Source of the DNA: an uncultured Methanomicrobiales archaeon
GTDB lineage: Archaea; Halobacteriota; Methanomicrobia; Methanomicrobiales; Methanospirillaceae
Reading direction: 5' to 3'
Length of the DNA: 64,000 bases
Assembly (NCBI GenBank): GCA_963758915.1
Contig: CAVWXH010000006.1
Span: 1-64,000, forward strand
Below are positions 45,201-54,133 of the stretch, one piece after another. Position numbers and translations under genes: made by a program. Every line of letters starts with the position of its first letter. The stretch's first letter is position 1. The notes under the pieces were generated by a model. The model had not been told where the DNA came from and searched no databases. It saw nothing but the letters and a program-made list of their open reading frames with translations.

Positions 45201-45890
45201 TTAATCTTCTCTCTTATCTATCAGGTGATCAAGGTCCAGGTGCTCGATGGTGACCTTACAGTTCTCCCGGATTTTTTTGGTCATTTCATCAATGTCCATA
45301 TTATCGAGAGCCTCCAGGTCTCGGCCAATACTCGTCCCATCTTCTGCATGCCCATTTTCATTTGCCGGTTGCTCACCGGGAGATTGTGCAGTCCCGGAGG
45401 TTGAGACCTGCTCTGCAGCAGGTTTTTCGTTTAATACAGTTTCTGTTCCGTCGTGAAGACCTTTGTTTCCCTGTGGCTCAAAACGTACTTCAGGGACTTG
45501 ATCTCCGGGAATGCCTTCCTTTTTCCTGATATCCGGGGTGGTCACCCCCGTTCTGACCTGCCTGGCAGGGCCCCTCCTGACAAAGCTCGGGAGTGCTGCA
45601 TGCGGGTTAAATTCCCGCGCAAGATCGAGTTGAACTGGGTTTAATGTTGTAAGTCCCGCATCGACCTTCATGTCCAGCATCTTTTGCATTTTCTGCCAGG
45701 CATGCTCCCCTTCAAGTTTGCCGTAATCTGCAATGATATAAATCCCGGAATTGAGTACCAGGGTGCAGGTCTCTATCCCGGAAGTGATCGTGCAATAGCC
45801 GGTGAACCTGGTTTTTTCTATCTCATCAAGGAGTGAACGAAATAGTATTCCTTTCTTTATGGAATGGAATGTGCCCCTTGGGAGTTTCAT
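45201..45890 (-). CDS. DUF2226/PATAN-like protein with a disordered linker and acidic C-terminal helices
   Basis: MKLPRG...LLDEIEKTRFTGYC.I......LVLNSG.YI.ADY..LEGEHA...QLDLAREFN. Confidence 0.75.
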   Translation of the reverse strand: MKLPRGTFHSIKKGILFRSLLDEIEKTRFTGYCTITSGIETCTLVLNSGIYIIADYGKLEGEHAWQKMQKMLDMKVDAGLTTLNPVQLDLAREFNPHAALPSFVRRGPARQVRTGVTTPDIRKKEGIPGDQVPEVRFEPQGNKGLHDGTETVLNEKPAAEQVSTSGTAQSPGEQPANENGHAEDGTSIGRDLEALDNMDIDEMTKKIRENCKVTIEHLDLDHLIDKRED

Positions 45891-46018
45891 CAATAAGAGA
45901 TATACAACGGCATATTACATAGTCCTTTTTAACACAAGGTGTTTTAGGGGTTTTAATCACGGTGAAAAGAAAGAATTATCCAAGTACCCTTTTATCCCCA
46001 GATTGATGATTAAATAAC

Positions 46019-47110
46019 GGCTGGTATGAAAAACTCCGGCAAAACAATCTGAAAGACCACCTTTTTCATGCCCATCTATGAGCCAGAGGCTCATAGCACG
46101 CTCTGTAGAAATCATATCTTTGAGCAAAAATTGACCTGATCGACCGAAAAAGCTAAGATACAGTGCCTCCTTACCTTGTTATGCTACTAACCCATAAGGA
46201 GGTAAAATAATGTCATCAAACCGGTGTATTCAGGTTTGTTGAATTATCGTCAGGTTTGATCAAAGATACGAGGATTCCACTTTATTCCTCAAAATATTCA
46301 AAACGGACTTACAATCAGCATCAATTGCTCATCCTCCTGCTTTTAAAAGTATATCTCTCTGAAAATTATCGGGATTCTGTCGAACTCCTGGAAACCATGG
46401 AGACATTAAAAGAGACAATCAACCTTAAAGAAATACCTCATTTTACGACGCTTCAGAAGTTCTGCCAAAGTATACGATCAATTACCTTCACCGTTTTAAT
46501 GAACCGGCTTATCAAAATGTTTTACGACTGGGGAGAACGAATTGCCTGCACCGCTATCGATTCATCCGGGTTCACAAGCTCATATGCCAGCCATTACTAC
46601 TCCATCAGAACAGGAAATATCAGGAAAAGATTTCTTAAAACCTCAATCTCTATTGATAGCGACCGACAGATAATCACCGGTCTGAAAATAACCCAACATC
46701 ACGTACACGATGTCCTCCACGCTGAAAAACTCCTGAAACAATGCCATAGAACCAGAAAATCTGAACTCTATGTTATGGACAAGGGATACGATTCAGAGGA
46801 GGTTCATCACCAGATCCGGGATACTATGGACTCAATCTCTCTTATCCCGATACGTGAAAGAAAAAGAAAGCGGATTTCCGGTCATTACAGAAGAAAAATA
46901 ATGATTTCATTCGAGTCTGATCTATACCATCAACGAAACAAGGTTGAAACCGTGTTCTCCGTATTGAAAAGAAAGTTCGCTGAAGCCCTTAAGGCGCGGA
47001 AATACCGACTTCAGGTTAAGGAAATAAAAATCAAAGCGATCCTCTATAACATCCCAAGAGCGATGACCTATTTTTTTATTCTTATTGTAATTGAGGAATT
47101 CTACAGAGCC
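46019..47110 (+). mobile_element. IS5-like insertion sequence including an 80-bp cap; 8-bp TSD TAAATAAC
   Basis: Inner TIRs cGCTCTGTAGAAATC (46099) and GAATTCTACAGAGCC (47110). TAAATAAC at 46011-46018 and 47111-47118. Confidence 0.9.
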
Positions 47111-47113
47111 TAA
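46210..47113 (+). CDS. IS5-like DDE transposase (apparent +1 frameshift at ~46230)
   Basis: [53 protein letters not shown] before the ATG at 46210. Confidence 0.92.
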
Positions 47114-47209
47114 ATAACCTTGAATTAAAATAATGTTAGGAAACATATTTATCATCGTATACCAGAAATTCAGTTTAAATAGAGATGGTTTATATCGGGG
47201 AGATTCGGA

Positions 47210-47557
47210 ATGTTAAAGCAGATACTGGGTGAGTTCCTTAAGGTGGAGGGTGTTTCCGCAGCAGTCGTCGTTGGAAGAGATGGATTTGTGATAGAGAGTG
47301 CAATATCCGGAAAAATCGATATTGATGCATTAGGTGCAATGGCATCCACCGGCATGGGTACTTCGGAAGCCATGGGGAATGAGCTTGGTAAAGGGAACCT
47401 CGATCAGATGCTTGTAGAGCTTGAAAAAGGACCAATCATTTTATCACCTCTTTCCTCAGATGAATTAATCGCAATAGTGGCAGATTCTACTGCCAATGTA
47501 GGAAGGATCAGGTACGAGTTGAAGAAGAACAAAGAACGACTGATGGCTGCCCTATAA
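47210..47557 (+). CDS. Roadblock/LC7 (MglB-like) protein
   Basis: L..F.KVEGV.AAVVVGRDGFVIE...LGAMAS...LG.G.L.QMLVELEKG.I...ANVGRIR. Confidence 0.92.
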   Translation: MLKQILGEFLKVEGVSAAVVVGRDGFVIESAISGKIDIDALGAMASTGMGTSEAMGNELGKGNLDQMLVELEKGPIILSPLSSDELIAIVADSTANVGRIRYELKKNKERLMAAL

Positions 47558-47561
47558 TAAC

Positions 47562-48230
47562 ATGAATCTGCCGGAAGGGACCCATCTCGGGTATATCAAT
47601 AATCCGCTTCAGGATACGGATGTGCAGCGGATAATAGGCCATATAGGGCTGATAAAAACTACTGCTCAACAGGGTGAAGGGATCATCCTGATTGACAAGG
47701 GTAAAATAATTGCCGCTTCATTTACGTCAGGGGATAAACTCTATTATGGTAACGGAGCGCTTGAAGTTATCAATGCGACCTCCCCGGAGAAGATGGAGCT
47801 TAACAGTTATACTGCAGATGAATACCAGGTTGCAGTGGAAATATGCCGGAATGAAAATCTTCTGCTCCAGGATGAAACCCATATACCCACAATCCCCGAT
47901 CTTCTCGATGAGAGCGTACTGAGAAAAATTCTGGTCCAGCCGGGAGTGATCGCCGTATCGGCATTTTCAGAGGGGTTTTCAGTCCAGTCCCTTGGTAAAG
48001 CAGACTTTGACCAGGTTGCAGCGATGGCTGAAGACCTGCTCAGGGCAGGAATAAAAATTGCAAAGGATATGAAAATTGGCCTGATCGACCAGATCATACT
48101 TGAAACAAATTCCGGGAAAATAATTATTGCTCCGTATGGTGACCTGTTCCTCTGTGTTTTTACCGGGCCTGATGCAAACATAGGCCTGATACGGGTGGTC
48201 CTGAAGAGTATCCAGAGCGATGTCAGGTGA
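47562..48230 (+). CDS. DUF2226/PATAN-like plus Roadblock/LC7 fusion protein
   Basis: N-domain MNLPEG...GIILIDKGKIIAA......YYGNGAL. C-domain PGVIAVSAFSEGF...VAAMAEDL...DQIILET..GKIIIAP...ANIGLIR. Confidence 0.85.
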   Translation: MNLPEGTHLGYINNPLQDTDVQRIIGHIGLIKTTAQQGEGIILIDKGKIIAASFTSGDKLYYGNGALEVINATSPEKMELNSYTADEYQVAVEICRNENLLLQDETHIPTIPDLLDESVLRKILVQPGVIAVSAFSEGFSVQSLGKADFDQVAAMAEDLLRAGIKIAKDMKIGLIDQIILETNSGKIIIAPYGDLFLCVFTGPDANIGLIRVVLKSIQSDVR

Positions 48231-48347
48231 GATGGTGTGCTTTTGGTGGATCGGTTCTTCTTCTCCGGAGGGGTAATTATTTGAAGGTAGTGAAGGAAGA
48301 TCCTTTTAATAATATAGCTCAGCGAATATCATCAATGCTACACAACA

Positions 48348-50636
48348 ATGAATGATGATGAACTTGAGGAACAGGGGTTCCTGAAAAAAATTCTGGCGGC
48401 GAAGAAAGGTACTGGTAAGGCAGACCCCCCTTTAAAACCCGATGCAGAGACGAAGACGAATGATGTGACAGACATCGATGCTTTAATGAAACGTATCGGG
48501 GTCCAGAATGTCATTACTCCCCCCTCAGTGCCATCACCCCCGGCACCATCCGGTCAGGTGGGTGCGGGAAAGGAAATCCCAGATGCAACAAGAATAGCTG
48601 TACCAGTATCCTCCCCTCCCAAACAACCCCCCTCGTCCGATTCCCCGCCCATTATGCAGTCTCCTCCCGCAGAACAACCTATTACGCACCTCGTAAACAG
48701 TGGACCTGCCCCGGTGACACGAGCTGCTGCAGCCAGGCCCGCGACTCCGGATACCCCGGTACCGGCTGTGAACGCTGCAAAGACGATGTGGTCTGATGAT
48801 ATTTCCGAACAGGATGAAAAAATTGTCAGCTTCGACCAGATCAAGGGAATTAGTGGACTAATTCTCCCGAAAGGTGTGACGTTTGAGATAGACGAGGTAC
48901 AGCTGAAGGGCCGCGCCTCGCGATTTACCATGGCAGACGGTAGTGTTCCCGAGGAGATCGATAAGATATGGCAGGCCGGACTCCCGTCAGGTGGCCTCTC
49001 CAGCATACAAATTGACCATGATGGGGATGGTTCTGCAGCTGCTGAAAAGGGTGGTTTCCGTAATAAATTCAACCTGTTCAAACTCATCAGGCATGAGACC
49101 GTGGAATACAACCCGAAAATCCACGGCCCGCTCATAGATCTTGTAATGAAGCCAAGAGCTGGTGTTGAGGAGCTGGAGTTTTATCCTGTCAATGAGCCTT
49201 ACGCCTATATCCGGGTCGTATATGACAATTCCACGCATGAGTACACCTATACCGTGCTTGAACCTGTCCTTTCGCCAGCGGAACTGGACCTTTTCTCAGA
49301 ATTAAAAGAACGGATCTTTGAAAGACTTGATGTTAATTCAAGGGATATTGTTCCCGAATTTGCAAGAAATACGCTTAAAAAAGTGACGGATGACATCATT
49401 GCAGATTATGGTCTTACCCTGACTCCAGTGCAGAGGGCAAAAATTCTCTATAATATGGAGAAGGAATTCCTCGGCCAGGGCCTGATTGACCCCATTATGC
49501 ATGACAAATATATTGAGGATATCTCATGTGATGGTGTAAATTCGTCAATATTTGTCTACCATGCCCGCTATGAGTCAATGAAATCCAACGTGATATTCAC
49601 TAACGCAGAAGACCTTGACTCATTTGTGACAAAACTCGCCCAGAGGGCAGGGAAATATATCTCGATTGCTGAACCTATGCTCGATGCAACAATGAGCGAC
49701 GGCTCCCGTATTCAGATGACGCTGGGCCAGGAAGTAACGGCACATGGGTCTACCTTCACTATCCGTAAATTCAGGGAAGAACCAATCACCCCTACAGACC
49801 TGATCGAATGGCATACTTTTTCTCCCCTTTCAATCGCCTTTCTCTGGCTTGCGGTGGAAACGGGGAAATCCCTGCTCCTCGCCGGTGGGACTGCATCTGG
49901 AAAGACAACAGCGCTGAACGCGATTGCGTTGTTCATCCCTCCACTTGCCAAGATTGTCACCCTTGAGGATACAAGGGAATTAAAACTCCCGCATCCGAAC
50001 TGGATCCCAAGTATTACAAGGGCATCGTTCGACTCTGAAGGCAAGGGGGAGATCGATATGTATGAACTCCTTCGGGCCGCACTCCGTCAGCGACCGGAGT
50101 ACATCCTCGTTGGTGAAGTACGTGGAAAAGAGGCCCAGACCCTCTTCCAGGCGATGAGTACCGGGCACGTGACCTATTCAACAATACATGCAGATTCGGT
50201 TGCGAGTGTAGTCCACAGGATTGAAAACCCCCCGCTTGATGTCCCGAGAAATATGCTGTCCGCTCTCGACCTTGTCTGTGTCCAGGTTCAGGCACGGGTT
50301 GGTGGCCAGAGGATACGGCGCAATAAACAGATCATCGAGATCCTCGATATTGATCCACGCACGAATGAGTTGATCACGAACGAAGTGTTCAAATGGAGAC
50401 AGTCAACAGATGAAATTACCTATTCAGGTAAATCCTTCATATTAGAAGAGATCATGGAAGAGAGGGGATGGAATGAGGAGCGGATCAGGGAAGAACTCAA
50501 GAGAAGGCAGGAAGTCCTCGAGTGGATGCGCATCAAGAAAATCCGGCATTTCAGGGATGTCTCCAATATCCTTGTTTCGTATTTCAGGGATTCGGAAGCT
50601 GTGATACAAAAAGTAAGGGCTGAGCTGTATGAATAG
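48348..50636 (+). CDS. Type II/IV secretion (type IV pilus assembly) ATPase with a long Pro-rich N-terminal extension
   Basis: IEDISCDG, TFTIRKF, GGTASGKTT, LEDTREL, ALRQRPEYILVGEVRG, TGH...STIHA. Confidence 0.95.
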   Translation: MNDDELEEQGFLKKILAAKKGTGKADPPLKPDAETKTNDVTDIDALMKRIGVQNVITPPSVPSPPAPSGQVGAGKEIPDATRIAVPVSSPPKQPPSSDSPPIMQSPPAEQPITHLVNSGPAPVTRAAAARPATPDTPVPAVNAAKTMWSDDISEQDEKIVSFDQIKGISGLILPKGVTFEIDEVQLKGRASRFTMADGSVPEEIDKIWQAGLPSGGLSSIQIDHDGDGSAAAEKGGFRNKFNLFKLIRHETVEYNPKIHGPLIDLVMKPRAGVEELEFYPVNEPYAYIRVVYDNSTHEYTYTVLEPVLSPAELDLFSELKERIFERLDVNSRDIVPEFARNTLKKVTDDIIADYGLTLTPVQRAKILYNMEKEFLGQGLIDPIMHDKYIEDISCDGVNSSIFVYHARYESMKSNVIFTNAEDLDSFVTKLAQRAGKYISIAEPMLDATMSDGSRIQMTLGQEVTAHGSTFTIRKFREEPITPTDLIEWHTFSPLSIAFLWLAVETGKSLLLAGGTASGKTTALNAIALFIPPLAKIVTLEDTRELKLPHPNWIPSITRASFDSEGKGEIDMYELLRAALRQRPEYILVGEVRGKEAQTLFQAMSTGHVTYSTIHADSVASVVHRIENPPLDVPRNMLSALDLVCVQVQARVGGQRIRRNKQIIEILDIDPRTNELITNEVFKWRQSTDEITYSGKSFILEEIMEERGWNEERIREELKRRQEVLEWMRIKKIRHFRDVSNILVSYFRDSEAVIQKVRAELYE

Positions 50637-51552
50637 TTACGAACGCTTCTGCTTCAACCTTCTCGGAAAAAGAGTAAAAACCAGGCGTGAAAAATATTCG
50701 GAATTACGAAAAGATCTGCTTTCCGCCCGAATACAAAATCCCTTCGAGGTATATCTCTCAACAGCTATTGTGACCTCAGTCCTTGTAGGGCTTCTTGCAG
50801 CAGTTGGCATCGGAACGATCACCTATTTTTTTCAATTGACAAAACTCGTCACCTATCGTGGAGCTGTCCCGGATGCACTCGTACCTGTTGCGAATTATAG
50901 TCTTTTCCTCGGGACCGTTGCGGTAACTATTATATCTCTCCTGGTTTTTGGAGGGCTGACATATCTGATCTACAACCTCTATCCTGCAATGATCGCCGGA
51001 AACAGGCGAAGGAATATCGACGCAACCCTTCCATACGCGATTAATTACATCACAGCGATGTCTACAGCGGGTATTCCCCCAGCTGAGATTTTCCGCCAGC
51101 TGGCAGACAGTAAAATATACGGCGAAAGCTCTGTAGAAGCCCGGTATATTGTGCGGGAAATTGACATGTTCGGAAAAGACCTCATTGATGCCCTTAGAAT
51201 TACTTCTGTTTCCACGCCAAGCATGAGGATGAAGGAATTTATTCAGGGTGCGATGGGAAGCATCTCGAGTGGCAGTAACCTTACCGTTTATTTCCGGACA
51301 AAAGCCGAGCAGTATTCGGTCGAAAACCGCCAGACCCAGAAACTCTTCCTTGATACCCTTGGTCTTATTGCGGAGTCGTATGTGACGGCGATGGTCGCAG
51401 GGCCTCTTTTCCTGATTATTCTCCAGTCAATTATGTCGGTCATCGGAAACAATGCGAATCCTATCTTTCTCTTTGTGATCATCTACATGATGATCCCGTT
51501 GGGGAGTATCATGTTCGTCATTATGATCAGTGCGATGACTCCGGAGGGTTGA
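50629..51552 (+). CDS. Type II secretion F-family (TadB/TadC-like) pilus platform protein
   Basis: IDATLPYAINYITAMSTAG, YGE.S.E, GKDLIDAL...TPS. TM segments. Confidence 0.9.
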   Translation: MNSYERFCFNLLGKRVKTRREKYSELRKDLLSARIQNPFEVYLSTAIVTSVLVGLLAAVGIGTITYFFQLTKLVTYRGAVPDALVPVANYSLFLGTVAVTIISLLVFGGLTYLIYNLYPAMIAGNRRRNIDATLPYAINYITAMSTAGIPPAEIFRQLADSKIYGESSVEARYIVREIDMFGKDLIDALRITSVSTPSMRMKEFIQGAMGSISSGSNLTVYFRTKAEQYSVENRQTQKLFLDTLGLIAESYVTAMVAGPLFLIILQSIMSVIGNNANPIFLFVIIYMMIPLGSIMFVIMISAMTPEG

Positions 51553-51553
51553 A

Positions 51554-52582
51554 ATGAGCTGGAAAGATAAAATTCCGGGGTTTGGAGGAAAAAAAGGCCT
51601 TTCTGAAGATATACCTGGAAAACGTGTCAGTTATTCTGCTGATGCGGAACGTGAAATTGAAGAAAAGCTCGAATATGATCGCGCTCACAGGATGGGGTTT
51701 GGCCGGTTCATCAGGCATCCCCTGAAGGTGCTTATTGAAAAGCCGATTAATATTCTCATCGTGTGCTTACCCGTTTCCCTGCTGTTCTTCCTCATCGGTA
51801 CCGCGACCATGATCCGGCAGTATGGCCTGCCAGTGATGTTCACGACAACAATTATTGATGATATCGCGGTCATTTCAATCCTTATTGCCATCGGACCCCT
51901 GGCAATTCTCTACACAAGGGAATCAAAACGAATTAACAATCTCGAGGAAGCGCTCCCCAATTTCTTCCGTGATCTCGCTGGTATGAACGACAGCGGTATG
52001 ACGCTCCCCAACGCGGTCCACCTCGTTTCTGCTGGTGAATATAGTACGCTTACACCCTACATTCGTAAGATGGACAGCGAAATGTCCTGGAATGTGCCAT
52101 TTGTCGACGCAATGTACCGTTTCGGCCAACGACTGCGTACCCCCCTTGCAGACAGGAGTGTCGACCTGATTGCGAAGGCCAGCAGGGCGGGAGGAGATGC
52201 CAGCGAAGTGCTCCGGGCCGCGGCAAATGACACCTATGAATTTGTGAAGCTGAAAACCGAACGGAACAACAACATGATGATCTATGTCGTTATTGTGCTT
52301 GTATCGTTCCTGGTGTTCCTGTTTGTTATTTTTATACTGGTCACGACATTTCTTACCACGATGGCAACCGCAGCCCAGGCAGGGGGGCCAGGCGGCCCAC
52401 AGTTTATAAAAAACCTGAATCTTTTCTTTTACAAGAGGTTATTTGCCCATGCCGCCATGATCCAGGGAATATTTTCAGGGCTCGTCGCCGGGCAGATGGG
52501 TGAAGGCAGCGCAATTGCAGGCCTCAAATATTCGGCAATCATGTTGCTGATTGCATGGATTGCGTTCCGGTTCTTTGTATAA
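51554..52582 (+). CDS. Type II secretion F-family (TadC-like) pilus platform protein
   Basis: LEEALPNFFRDLA....SGMTL, GGD..EVL, QGIFSGLVAGQMGEG...AGLKY. Confidence 0.9.
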   Translation: MSWKDKIPGFGGKKGLSEDIPGKRVSYSADAEREIEEKLEYDRAHRMGFGRFIRHPLKVLIEKPINILIVCLPVSLLFFLIGTATMIRQYGLPVMFTTTIIDDIAVISILIAIGPLAILYTRESKRINNLEEALPNFFRDLAGMNDSGMTLPNAVHLVSAGEYSTLTPYIRKMDSEMSWNVPFVDAMYRFGQRLRTPLADRSVDLIAKASRAGGDASEVLRAAANDTYEFVKLKTERNNNMMIYVVIVLVSFLVFLFVIFILVTTFLTTMATAAQAGGPGGPQFIKNLNLFFYKRLFAHAAMIQGIFSGLVAGQMGEGSAIAGLKYSAIMLLIAWIAFRFFV

Positions 52583-52688
52583 CCGGAACATTTCCTGCAG
52601 GATAACACATGGGAAATAAATCCCGTGTGAGATTCAACCCCTGGGATCAATTTTATACAGGGAAATATCGTGAAGAGTTGGTTTTTCC

Positions 52689-53029
52689 GGCTGGTATGAA
52701 AAACTACGGCAAAACTATCAAAATGCCAATTTTTTCATGTGAATCTATGAGCCAGAGGCTCGTAGCACGCTCTGTTGAAACCCTTCGGTGTCAAAAAAAA
52801 TAAGAGGGAAATACGAAGACAGGAGGGGGTTTCACCCCCTCCCTGCCCCACCCCCATTAAGATATTCTTCGGGCAGGGTTTCCCGAAGGCTCATTAAATT
52901 CAGAGTATTGGGGGATAGTCTCTATCCCAACCAGGGTCGCATAAGCACCGGGCCATGAACCCCGGGAGCGTAACGAAATTTAGGAATTCCCAATCTGCAA
53001 GATATATTTGAGAGGGTTTCAACAGAGCC
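52689..53029. mobile_element. MITE (core 52768-53029) carrying the same ~79-bp cap as the IS; 8-bp TSD GTTTTTCC
   Basis: Core ends cGCTCTGTTGAAACCC / GGGTTTCAACAGAGCC. GTTTTTCC at 52681-52688 and 53030-53037. The core is a reverse-oriented homologue of 4548-4805. Confidence 0.9.
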
Positions 53030-53044
53030 GTTTTTCCTTACCTT

Positions 53045-54133
53045 TCATACGATTCCCATATCCGAAAGCCTTTTTGGGAGATATTCCTTTGTTACAAAAT
53101 CAAGCCCGCGGGCTGCAAATGCCTGTTGTTCAGATTTCATCCCCATCTTGAGCTGTAAATTTATCTGTTCCCTCCAGTAGTCTGTTGCGAAACGTGGGTC
53201 GGTAAGTTCACTGTTGAGCGCTGCAATATCGCGTTCATTGAGATGGTCTGAAGGGAGGTTATAGTCCCTGATATCGCTTGGCTGCACACCTATGAACCTG
53301 GCCTGCGGGGTGGCAAGGATTTCTGACATATGGGCACTTTTAATTGCCCCATAGGCAACACTTGCATAAATCCGGTAAGACCAGGGGTCGCCATCGGTGA
53401 AAACGACCACGGGGAGCTTGAACTGATCATTTATCCTGTTCAGGACACGACGGGTTGAACGGGCAGGCTGCCCCTTCAAATGAACAAGGATAGCCTTATA
53501 GTCCTCGTCAAACCCGTTCTCGATGAGCCGTGCATACATACCCCCGGTCTCGATTGCGATAACAAATCTGGCATCGTGGTCAAGGAAATCGATGGTATCG
53601 ACATTGGTTGGTATCTGGTAACCTGCCTCTCCTACATCGTCCCGGCAATGGATCTTACGCTCTCCCCTCCGTGTGACTTCCTTCAATTCAATCGGACCAA
53701 ATATTGTTGCCCCATCTTCTTCAGGCCGTAAATGGAAAGCTTCCCGTTGCATATCGGTCAGAATTTCAAGGTCTTCGATCAGGAAATTGCTTTCATCCTG
53801 TGCGCCGAATTTTGCTTTTTTCCAGCCTTCCGAGATATAATACAACTCTCTTAACGTCGATGAACGGTTTTCGCCTATCTGTTTTTTCAAAAACCAGATA
53901 ACCCACGCCATTTTCAGGATGTGCATCGCACTTTTTGCCGAACCTGCAGAGCGCGTACTCTCCTTTTCGCCGTATTTCCAGACTTCGCTCTCGTCATCAA
54001 ATTCAATATTGTGTTTTGTCCGGGTTGGAAGGTTAATTGAGGGGATGATCCCGCTCTTAATCTGGTCATACCAGTTTTGTGCAATTGTCTGCAGGCTTTC
54101 AATTGCCTTTATATTGAGGTCTGATTTAGACAT
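53045..54133 (-). CDS. top6A: DNA topoisomerase VI subunit A
   Basis: [35 protein letters not shown]. Confidence 0.96.
   Translation of the reverse strand: MSKSDLNIKAIESLQTIAQNWYDQIKSGIIPSINLPTRTKHNIEFDDESEVWKYGEKESTRSAGSAKSAMHILKMAWVIWFLKKQIGENRSSTLRELYYISEGWKKAKFGAQDESNFLIEDLEILTDMQREAFHLRPEEDGATIFGPIELKEVTRRGERKIHCRDDVGEAGYQIPTNVDTIDFLDHDARFVIAIETGGMYARLIENGFDEDYKAILVHLKGQPARSTRRVLNRINDQFKLPVVVFTDGDPWSYRIYASVAYGAIKSAHMSEILATPQARFIGVQPSDIRDYNLPSDHLNERDIAALNSELTDPRFATDYWREQINLQLKMGMKSEQQAFAARGLDFVTKEYLPKRLSDMGIV

Noticed and set aside
46019-53029. Composite transposon carrying the pilus operon between the two capped elements
   Set aside because: Each element has its own distinct 8-bp TSD, which indicates independent insertions.
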